Source of the DNA: Acidimicrobiales bacterium
Lineage (GTDB): Bacteria; Actinomycetota; Acidimicrobiia; Acidimicrobiales; RAAP-2
Assembly (NCBI GenBank): GCA_017883045.1
Contig: JADGOJ010000003.1
Coordinates: forward strand, 98 to 64,097
Direction: 5' to 3'
DNA length: 64,000 bases
The position numbers were made by a program, and so were the translations under genes. Under the pieces are notes generated by a model. That model saw only the letters and a program-made list of their open reading frames with translations. It ran no database searches and was not told where the DNA came from. This document shows, in pieces, positions 25,579 through 33,491 of the stretch. Every line of letters starts with the position of its first letter. The first letter of the stretch is position 1.

Positions 25579-26474
25579 TGCCGCTCCCCTACCCAGAATC
25601 CAATGAGGGCGAGCAGTCCGACGCCGAGCGCCAGGCCGACGAATCCCTCAGCGACCGGTCCGAGACCACCGAGTCCGAACCCGCCGATGTTGGTGGGGTG
25701 CTGGATCTGCGTGGTGACGAACTTGACGATGTCGTTGACCTGGTAGTCGCTCAGGTTGCCGGTGAATCGCGGCATGTTCCCGGGGCCGGTGCGGATCGCC
25801 TCGGCGACCTGGAACGCCGGCACGTGGCGCAGCGACGGGGCGTAGGTGCCACTGGCGAGGGCGTCGCCGTCGCCCTCGATGGTGTGGCAGGCGGCGCAGT
25901 TGAGCGCGAACAGCGCCGCTCCGTCCGAGACGTTGGCGATGGCGAGGTTGGGCGACGGGATTCCGGGGTAGCTCGGGGAGAGCGAGTTCACCCACGCCGT
26001 GACCGCGAGCGCCTGGTCGTGGCTGAGCCTCGGGTAGCGGCGCAGCGCCTGGATCGAGCGGGGGTTGGCGGCGGGCATGCGGCCCGACTCGATCCAGAAG
26101 TCGATGGTCGCCGGTCCGAGGCCGACGAGGTTCGGGAAGGCGCCGCTCGTGCCGTTGGCCGGGATGCCGTTGGCCTCGTTGCCGTGGCACGAGGCGCAGT
26201 TCTGCAAGTAGAGCGCCTGTCCGAGCTTCGCCAGTGACGGCGACGGCGAGCTGTAGGTGATGGCGGAGTTGCCGTACTGGATGACGACGCCGTTGGCGTC
26301 GGTCTTGACGACGTCGGAGTTCGGCGTGCCGGCGTTCTTGCGCGACGTCTGGTAGGGCGTTGCCTTGTAGGCGGCCTGGGCGCTGCCGACGAAGAGGGCC
26401 AGCGGGCCCATCGCGACGAACGCCACGACGGCGAGTGCGGAGAGGCGCTTGAGGAGGGTCGAGTTCACGGCCAT
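25575..26474 (-). CDS. qcrC: Dihaem cytochrome c subunit of cytochrome bc1
   Basis: Two CxxCH motifs (CASCHG, CAACHT), a signal/anchor sequence and a C-terminal TM helix. Confidence 0.95.
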   Translation of the reverse strand: MAVNSTLLKRLSALAVVAFVAMGPLALFVGSAQAAYKATPYQTSRKNAGTPNSDVVKTDANGVVIQYGNSAITYSSPSPSLAKLGQALYLQNCASCHGNEANGIPANGTSGAFPNLVGLGPATIDFWIESGRMPAANPRSIQALRRYPRLSHDQALAVTAWVNSLSPSYPGIPSPNLAIANVSDGAALFALNCAACHTIEGDGDALASGTYAPSLRHVPAFQVAEAIRTGPGNMPRFTGNLSDYQVNDIVKFVTTQIQHPTNIGGFGLGGLGPVAEGFVGLALGVGLLALIGFWVGERH

Positions 26475-27071
26475 CTACTTCAACAGGAACAGGGCCGAGT
26501 AGAGCCCGATCCACACGACGTCGACGAAGTGCCAGTAGTAGCTCACGCCCTGGAACGTGGACAGTTCACCCGGGTCGCCCTCGGAGCCGCGCATGCGAAA
26601 CAGCAGAAAGGACATCGCGACGAGACCGAGGATGACGTGCAAGCCGTGCAGGCCGGTCGTGATGAAGAAGACCGAGCCGAAGGAGTTGGTGTACCAGCGC
26701 GTCGTGAGGTGGATCCACTCGTAGGCCTGGTTGGACACGAAGAGCGTGCCCATGACGATCGTGATGATGATCCAGCGCCGCGCCTCGGCTCGACGACGGT
26801 GCTCGATGAGCCAGACCGCCCACTGCATGGTGAACGACGACGCCACGAGGATGATCGTGAAGATGCCCGACTGCAGGACGTCGAGGTGGGTCCCGACGGG
26901 AGGCCACGCCGCGAGGTGCGCGCGGATGGTAAATAATGCGGCGAAGAGTCCCGAGAAGAACATCAACTCGCTGCCGAGCCAGATCATCACACCGATGGCC
27001 AGCATCGGCGGACGATCGTGGACGATCTTCTCTTGCTTCGCCAGGCTATTGAGGGGAATCGCCTGACTCAC
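26475..27071 (-). CDS. ctaE: Cytochrome c oxidase subunit III
   Basis: 198 aa with five hydrophobic helices and the typical CtaE C-terminus (YWHFVDVVWI). Sits immediately upstream of qcrCAB, as in other actinobacteria. Confidence 0.9.
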   Translation of the reverse strand: MSQAIPLNSLAKQEKIVHDRPPMLAIGVMIWLGSELMFFSGLFAALFTIRAHLAAWPPVGTHLDVLQSGIFTIILVASSFTMQWAVWLIEHRRRAEARRWIIITIVMGTLFVSNQAYEWIHLTTRWYTNSFGSVFFITTGLHGLHVILGLVAMSFLLFRMRGSEGDPGELSTFQGVSYYWHFVDVVWIGLYSALFLLK

Positions 27072-27127
27072 GGGTACATTTCTAGCGGAAACGGAGACCC
27101 CCGTGCGACACGCCCTTTTGAAATGGC

Positions 27128-29434
27128 TCAGCGCAACGTCTCGGGGAGCTCTTCACAGGCCACGATCGCGAGCCGACGCGTCGGGCGGGTCATCGCGACA
27201 TAGAGCGTGCGCAGTCCCCGCGGCGTGACCGACGCGTGGTCCTTGGCGCCACGACTGGCGATCTGCCCCGGTTCGACCACGACGACGGCGTCGAACTCGA
27301 GTCCGTTCGCCCCCTCGGCCCCCAGCACCACCAGGCCGGCCCCGAGTCCGCGCGAGTCCTGGTCACGGGGGTCGACCGCGTGCAGGCCGTTCACGTTGAG
27401 GATCTCCACGATCTCCTCGATACGCTGACCGGCGACGATGACCGCCACGCGGCCGGGCGCGACCGCGTCGACCTCTCGACGCGTGATCGACACCAAGGTC
27501 GCGGCGAACTCGTCGGCGCAGACGCCGTCGACGGTCGGCGTAAACCCGGCACGACGCACGGGTCGTGGCGGTTCGAGGTCCGGCGCCGCGGCGAGCAGGG
27601 TGGGCGCCGCGAAGTCGAGCACCTCCTCGGGCGTGCGGTAGCTCACCGTCAGGTCGACGCGGGTGGGTGGGCGGCGCGGTTCGAGCACCTCGAGCACGGC
27701 GTTCCACGACGCCGACGACGAGGCGGTCGTGGCCTGGCCCATGTCACCGACGATGGTCATCGATCCGGTCAGGTCGCGTCGCTTGAGGACCCGCAGCTCC
27801 ATCGGCGAGAGATCCTGGGCCTCGTCCACGACGATGTGGCCGTAGGTGACGAACTCGGCCTCGTCGAACTCGGTGCTCTGCACCGGCGCGAGGCGCTGGG
27901 CCTCGCGCAGCGCCGCCGCGCGCACGTCACCCGCGTACGAGTCGAGGTCGATGCCGTCGAGGATGCCCTGCTCGCCGAGCTTGGGCGCCGGTCGTGGTCG
28001 GCGGAGAGGACCGAGCAGGACCCGCGCCTCGTCGATCAGCGCCGCGTCGGCCTTGGTCCACCTGATCTCCTCGAGCGTCTCGGAACGGGACCGGTACAGC
28101 AGTGCCAGCTCCTCCTCGGTCATCAGGCCCTCGCCCGCGGCGCGCAACAGCGCCTTGGCTCCGAAGAGGTCGTGCAGCAGCTCCTGGCCCGACAGGCGCG
28201 GCCAGATGCGCTGGAGCACGAGTTTGAACTGGGGTGTCGCTCGGATGAGGTCGGCCAGCTCGCCCTGCGCGTTCACCTCGTCGTTGCCGTCACGCACGAA
28301 GCGTTCGTAGTACTCGCCCGCCAGTCGATTGGCGAGTTCTCGTCCCACCGCCGAGCGACGCTGGTTGTGGTTGCCCGGACGTCGTCGCGCGCGCTCGACG
28401 ACCTCCTGGGTGTGCTTCGCGCGCAGCACGACAATGGCGCGGCCCACGGGGATCTCGACGTCGTCGCGCAGGCCGCGCTGGCGCGTGCGCAGCGCCCGCG
28501 CCAGCAGGCGGGCCATGCGCAGGTCGCCCTTGATCTGGTCGACCGGTTCGGGCTCTCGGCCGCGGACCTCGACGTTGGTCACGAGGCCCGAGATCGTCGA
28601 CAGCGTCACCCCCGACTCGCCGAGCGACGGCAGCACGTTCTCGATGTAGTTCAAGAAGAGCGGGTTCGGTCCGACCACCAGCACGCCCTGACGTTCGAGT
28701 GTAGAGCGGTAGGTGAAGAGCAGGTAGGCCGCACGGTGCAGCGCCACGGCGGTCTTGCCGGTGCCCGGCCCCCCCTGGACCAGCAGCACGCCGGCGAGCG
28801 GGTTGCGGATGATGCGGTCCTGCTCGCCCTGGATCGTGGCGACGATGTCGCCCATGCGCCCGGTGCGCGCGCGCCCGAGCGCGGCGAGCAGGGCACCGGG
28901 ACCCCCGAGAGCGAGCCCGCCCTCGACGAGCCCCTCCTCGGTTGCCGAGCGGATGTCGTCCTCGGGCAGGGCCAACTCACCGTTGGCGTCGGCGAAGTAC
29001 TCGTCCTCGACCCCCGTGACCTCATGGCCGCGGATGGCGACGTGGCGGCGCCGCGACAGGCCGAGCGGCTCCACGCCGGTCGCGCGGTAGAAGGCGGCGG
29101 CGACGGGGGCGCGCCAGTCGACGACCAGGGGGTTCAGCTCCTCGTCGGAGACCGCGAGTCGACCGACGTGGTAGACGTCCGCGACGCCCGCCTCGTTGGG
29201 CACGTAGTCGATTCGACCGAAGAAGAGTGGCTGGTCGCCGATCGCCAGCTGATCGAGCCGGTTGAGGGCGGTGCCCATGACGACGTCGCGCTCCACCAGG
29301 TCACCCGCGCCGCGCATCGTCGCCACGGCGGCGCTGTCGCGCAGCGACCGGGCCTCGTCGCGCATGTGATCAAGGGCCTTGAGAGCGACATCGAGGAAAT
29401 CCTGCTCCTCGGTGATCTCACGCTCGTGCGCCAT
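27128..29434 (-). CDS. helD: HelD-type (helicase IV / RNAP-associated) UvrD-like ATPase
   Basis: The N-terminal region has FGRIDY...YHVGRLAVSDEELNPLVVDWRAPVAAAFYRAT, followed by Walker A GGPGTGKT and DEAQDLSP. ATG at 29434 is preferred (GAGG upstream). The track start, TTG at 29473, is possible. Confidence 0.85.
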   Translation of the reverse strand: MAHEREITEEQDFLDVALKALDHMRDEARSLRDSAAVATMRGAGDLVERDVVMGTALNRLDQLAIGDQPLFFGRIDYVPNEAGVADVYHVGRLAVSDEELNPLVVDWRAPVAAAFYRATGVEPLGLSRRRHVAIRGHEVTGVEDEYFADANGELALPEDDIRSATEEGLVEGGLALGGPGALLAALGRARTGRMGDIVATIQGEQDRIIRNPLAGVLLVQGGPGTGKTAVALHRAAYLLFTYRSTLERQGVLVVGPNPLFLNYIENVLPSLGESGVTLSTISGLVTNVEVRGREPEPVDQIKGDLRMARLLARALRTRQRGLRDDVEIPVGRAIVVLRAKHTQEVVERARRRPGNHNQRRSAVGRELANRLAGEYYERFVRDGNDEVNAQGELADLIRATPQFKLVLQRIWPRLSGQELLHDLFGAKALLRAAGEGLMTEEELALLYRSRSETLEEIRWTKADAALIDEARVLLGPLRRPRPAPKLGEQGILDGIDLDSYAGDVRAAALREAQRLAPVQSTEFDEAEFVTYGHIVVDEAQDLSPMELRVLKRRDLTGSMTIVGDMGQATTASSSASWNAVLEVLEPRRPPTRVDLTVSYRTPEEVLDFAAPTLLAAAPDLEPPRPVRRAGFTPTVDGVCADEFAATLVSITRREVDAVAPGRVAVIVAGQRIEEIVEILNVNGLHAVDPRDQDSRGLGAGLVVLGAEGANGLEFDAVVVVEPGQIASRGAKDHASVTPRGLRTLYVAMTRPTRRLAIVACEELPETLR

Positions 29435-29553
29435 CGCGACCTCGTTTCCAGTCCCAAAATCGGGGAATGACAAGTCTAGGCAAAATCGGAGGTGAGCGTT
29501 TCAAGGTGGTTTTTGCACGACGTCACCTAGATTGAGAGCGATAGAGGAGTGAA

Positions 29554-30591
29554 GTGAGCGAGCCAGTATTCCTTCGGGCCTGTCGTGGCGCGAGCGTCGA
29601 GCACGTCCCCGTGTGGTTCATGCGCCAGGCCGGCCGGTCACTTCCCGAGTACCGGGCCCTGCGCGGCACCGGTTCGATCCTCGAGGCCATTGCCGACCCG
29701 GCGCTCGCCAGCGAGATCACGATGCAGCCGGTGCGCCGCTACGGAGTGGACGCCGCGATCCTCTTCTCGGACATCGTCGTTCCCTACCACGCGATCGGCT
29801 TCGGCGTCGACGTGGTGCCGGGCCGCGGGCCGGTCATCGCCGAGCCCTTCAAGAGTGAGGCGGACCTCGAGCGGCTGCGCGACCTGACCGCGGCCGACAT
29901 CACCCACGTGACCAAGACGGTCGACCTCGTCGTCAACGAGCTCGAGGGCACCGACACCCCGCTCATCGGCTTCGCGGGAGCGCCCTTCACGGTGGCGAGC
30001 TACCTCGTCGAGGGCGGGCCCACGCGCGAGTTCGGCGTGATCAAGACCCTGATGCACGCGGACCCCGCGCTCTTCGACCGGTTGAGCGACCGCCTCGTCG
30101 ACATCACCATCGCGTTCCTGCGCGCCCAGGTCGCCCACGGTGCGCGCGCCCTGCAGCTCTTCGACTCGTGGGCCGGCGCCCTGACGCGCAGTGAGTACCG
30201 TCGCTTCGCGCTCCCAGCGACCCAGCGGGTGCTCGCCGGCGTCGCCGACCTCGACGTGCCGACCATCCTCTTCGGCGTCGGCACCGGCGAGCTGCTCGAC
30301 ATCATGGGCACCGCCGGCAGTTCGGTCGTCGGCATCGACTGGCACGTCGACCTCGACGAGGGTCGGCGCCGCGTGGGGGGCATGCCCGTGCAGGGCAACC
30401 TCGATCCGGCGCGCTGCCTGGGTGGTGCGCCACTGGCCGTGCAGGCCGCGCGAGGGGTGATCGCGCGGGCGGGCAACGACGCGGGGCACATCTTCAACCT
30501 CGGACACGGCGTCCTGCCCTCGACCGATCCCGCGGTGCTCGAAGCGGTGGTGCGCGTCGTGCACGACGAGGGAAGAGCGGGCGTGCGGTGA
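29554..30591 (+). CDS. hemE: Uroporphyrinogen decarboxylase
   Basis: 345 aa with PVWFMRQAGRSLPEY, the classic HemE N-terminal motif. GAGGAG RBS. Confidence 0.95.
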   Translation: MSEPVFLRACRGASVEHVPVWFMRQAGRSLPEYRALRGTGSILEAIADPALASEITMQPVRRYGVDAAILFSDIVVPYHAIGFGVDVVPGRGPVIAEPFKSEADLERLRDLTAADITHVTKTVDLVVNELEGTDTPLIGFAGAPFTVASYLVEGGPTREFGVIKTLMHADPALFDRLSDRLVDITIAFLRAQVAHGARALQLFDSWAGALTRSEYRRFALPATQRVLAGVADLDVPTILFGVGTGELLDIMGTAGSSVVGIDWHVDLDEGRRRVGGMPVQGNLDPARCLGGAPLAVQAARGVIARAGNDAGHIFNLGHGVLPSTDPAVLEAVVRVVHDEGRAGVR

Positions 30592-31493
30592 AGACCGGCG
30601 TCCTCGTCATGGCCTACGGCACGCCCACCACGCCCGGCGACGTCGAGGCGTACTACACCCGCATCCGCCACGGCCGCGCGCCGACTGCCGAGCTGCTCGC
30701 CGACCTCACCCGTCGCTACAACGCGATCGGCGGCACGTCGCCCCTGGCCCAGCGCACCGCCGACCAGGTGGCGGGGATCGCCGCCGCCCTTGAGGAGGTG
30801 GAGCCGGACCAGTTCGACGTCCGCTTCGGCTCGAAGTACGAGCCTCCCCTGCTCGAGGAGGCCGCCGGGTCGTTTCGCGCCGAGGGCTTCACCAGGGTCA
30901 TCGGACTCGTCCTCGCCCCCCACTCGTCGTCGATGTCGACCGACCAGTACATGTCGCGCGCCAGGGACGCCCTGGGCCACGGGGTCGAGTTGGTCGAGAT
31001 CGGCGCCTGGTGGGAGTTCCCGGGCTTCCTCGAACTGGTCGCCCAGCGAGTGAACGAGGTGCTCGCGATGGTGCCCGAGGAGCGCCTCGCCACGACCGAG
31101 GTCATCTTCTCCGCGCACTCGCTGCCCAGTAAGATCCTCGAGCTCGGCGACACCTACCCCGAGCAGCTGCGCGAGAGTGCGCGCCGCGCGGCCGAGATAG
31201 CCCGAGTCGAGCGCTGGGACGTCGCCTGGCAGTCAGCCGGGCGCACGGCCGACCCGTGGATCGGCCCCGACATCCTCGAGGTCATCCGCACCAAGTACAC
31301 CGAGGGCGTCACCGACATCGTGTCGTGCCCGATCGGCTTCGTCGCGGACCACCTCGAGGTGCTCTTCGACATCGACATCGAAGCCCAGGGCATCGCGAGC
31401 CAGGTCGGCGTGAACCTCGTGCGCACGGCCTCGCTCAACGCCGATCCCCGCTTCGTCTCGATCCTGGCGAACGTCGTTCGCGCCGCGGCGTAG
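30588..31493 (+). CDS. hemH: Ferrochelatase (probably coproporphyrin ferrochelatase)
   Basis: VLVMAYGTP...YYTRIRHGR...Y..IGG.SPL pattern. GTGA overlap with hemE. Confidence 0.9.
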   Translation: MKTGVLVMAYGTPTTPGDVEAYYTRIRHGRAPTAELLADLTRRYNAIGGTSPLAQRTADQVAGIAAALEEVEPDQFDVRFGSKYEPPLLEEAAGSFRAEGFTRVIGLVLAPHSSSMSTDQYMSRARDALGHGVELVEIGAWWEFPGFLELVAQRVNEVLAMVPEERLATTEVIFSAHSLPSKILELGDTYPEQLRESARRAAEIARVERWDVAWQSAGRTADPWIGPDILEVIRTKYTEGVTDIVSCPIGFVADHLEVLFDIDIEAQGIASQVGVNLVRTASLNADPRFVSILANVVRAAA

Positions 31494-32954
31494 ATGGCGC
31501 GCGGCTCGATCGTCGTCGTCGGTGGCGGCATCGCCGGACTGAGCGCCGCCTGGGAGTTGAGCGGCGGCGCGGCCGGACCAGGTGACGACACGCCGCGCAT
31601 CGAACTCGTCGACGCGAGCGAGCGTCTCGGCGGCGCCCTCGCGACCACCGAGTTCGCGGGTCGCACCCTCGACCTCGGCGCCGACGGCTTCCTCGCGCGC
31701 CGGCCCGAAGCCGTCACGCTGGTGCGCGAGCTCGGGGTCGCGGACCGACTCGAGGCGATCGACGCGAGCGGGGCGTGGATCTGGCTGCGCGGCGCCCTGC
31801 GCGAACTGCCGAGCGGTCTCGCGCTCGGGGTGCCGACGTCGGCCGCGCAAGTCGCCAGCGTGAGGGGACTGTCGTGGCGCGCGCGCCTCGCCGCCCGACG
31901 CGACGAGTGGCTCCCGGTCCGCATGACGGTCGGCGACGACGCGACCATCGGCGACATCGTGCGCAGGAAGCTGGGCCGCGAGATCAGCTACCAGTTCGTC
32001 GAGCCGATGCTCGGCGGCATTCAGGCTGGGCGCATCGACGACCTCTCGGCCCAGTCCGTCTTCCCGCCGTTACTCGACGCCGCGCGTCAGGGCGGATCGC
32101 TCATGAAGGTCCTGCGACCCAAGGGCCCGGTGCAGCCGGGGCCGACTGCGCCGAGCACCGACGCCGGTCCGATGTTTTACTCGCTCACGAGCGGCGTCGG
32201 TTCGCTCCCGACGGAACTGGCCCGGCGGCTCAGCGAGCGCGGCGTCGTGCTGCGCGCCGGCGTCGCGGTCACGGCCCTGCGACGCACCCCGTCGGGCAGC
32301 TACCCCTGGGAGATCGACACCGCGACGACGACGACCCCGGCCGACTCGGTGGTCCTCGCGACGCCCGCGCCGATGGCGGGGCGACTGCTCGGCAGCCTCG
32401 ACGAGCGCCTCGAGAGGCTCACGCGCATCCCCAGCGCCGGGGCGGCGATGGTCACCTTCAGCCTCGCGCGCGACGAGGTCACGCTGCCCCCCCGTGGCAC
32501 CGGCGTGCTGGTGCCGCTCGGCACGAACTGGTCGGGCGAGGGATCGATGATGGTCACGGCCGTCACCCTGCTCGATCGCAAGTGGCCGCACCTGCGACGC
32601 GACGAGGACGTCGTGCTGCGCGCGCACGTCGGTCGGATCGACGACGAGCGCTGGCTCGCGATGGACGACCACGACCTGACCGTGCGCGTCGCCGCGGAAC
32701 TGCGCGTGCTGCTCAGTCGCTTCGGCACGCCGAACGCGACGCTGGTGCAACGCTGGCCCCACGGCCTCCCCCAGTACTACCTCGGCCACCAGCGCGTGAT
32801 CGCCGACGCGAGGGCGGCGGCATCGACGCTGCGCGTCGCGCTCTGCGGCAGCGCCTACGACGGGGTCGGGATCCCGGCCGGCGTCGGCTCCGGCCGGCGC
32901 GCCGCACGCGAGGCGCTCGCCATGGTGCGCTCCGACAGCGGCCCCGACAGCTAG
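31494..32954 (+). CDS. hemY: Protoporphyrinogen/coproporphyrinogen III oxidase (FAD-dependent)
   Basis: N-terminal dinucleotide fold IVVVGGGIAGLSAAWEL. 486 aa, immediately after hemH. Confidence 0.9.
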   Translation: MARGSIVVVGGGIAGLSAAWELSGGAAGPGDDTPRIELVDASERLGGALATTEFAGRTLDLGADGFLARRPEAVTLVRELGVADRLEAIDASGAWIWLRGALRELPSGLALGVPTSAAQVASVRGLSWRARLAARRDEWLPVRMTVGDDATIGDIVRRKLGREISYQFVEPMLGGIQAGRIDDLSAQSVFPPLLDAARQGGSLMKVLRPKGPVQPGPTAPSTDAGPMFYSLTSGVGSLPTELARRLSERGVVLRAGVAVTALRRTPSGSYPWEIDTATTTTPADSVVLATPAPMAGRLLGSLDERLERLTRIPSAGAAMVTFSLARDEVTLPPRGTGVLVPLGTNWSGEGSMMVTAVTLLDRKWPHLRRDEDVVLRAHVGRIDDERWLAMDDHDLTVRVAAELRVLLSRFGTPNATLVQRWPHGLPQYYLGHQRVIADARAAASTLRVALCGSAYDGVGIPAGVGSGRRAAREALAMVRSDSGPDS

Positions 32955-33439
32955 AGGTAGTAGCCCGAGTGGATGTAGATGCAGGGCACGCCCTCACTGA
33001 TGTACATGGCGTGATTCTTCGGGTCGTCGTCGAGGGCGAGGCGGATGTCGAAGCCCTGCGTCACGAGGTCGCGCAGTGCGCCACGCTTGAACTCGTCCAC
33101 CCCCGAGTAGTCGCCGTACTCGCGCATGATCAACAGGTCCCAGCGCAGTCCGTAGCGCTCGAGCCACGCGACGGTGTGCGGCTGAACCCGGCGCGGACGT
33201 CCGGTCAGCAGCACGACCTTCAGTGAATGGTCGAGCAGTTCGAGCAGTCGCTCGATCTCCTCGATGATCGGGTCGTCACCGCAGGCGTCGAAGAAGCTCT
33301 TCCAGTCGCCCCAGTCCAGGTAGTGCTGACGTCCGGCGGCGTCGGCCAGCACGCCGTCGATGTCGAAGATGACGGCCGGTCCCGAGCCGAGCGGCTCGAC
33401 CCGCCAATGCCAATTCTCGCGTACGTAGTCCGAACCCAT
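32951..33439 (-). CDS. HAD-superfamily phosphatase-like protein
   Basis: Motif I IFDIDGVLAD, motif II VVLLTGRP and a C-terminal LALDDDPKN. 162 aa. Confidence 0.6.
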   Translation of the reverse strand: MGSDYVRENWHWRVEPLGSGPAVIFDIDGVLADAAGRQHYLDWGDWKSFFDACGDDPIIEEIERLLELLDHSLKVVLLTGRPRRVQPHTVAWLERYGLRWDLLIMREYGDYSGVDEFKRGALRDLVTQGFDIRLALDDDPKNHAMYISEGVPCIYIHSGYYL

Positions 33440-33491
33440 CAGTGGATTAAGGCTAACGGGACCGCCGCGAAAGTCTGCGAGACTGGGCGCC

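Noticed and set aside
29474-29553. Rifamycin-associated element or other strong operator upstream of helD/hemE
   Set aside because: Only a 5-bp inverted repeat (GGTGA...TCACC) is present, which is not distinguishable from chance.
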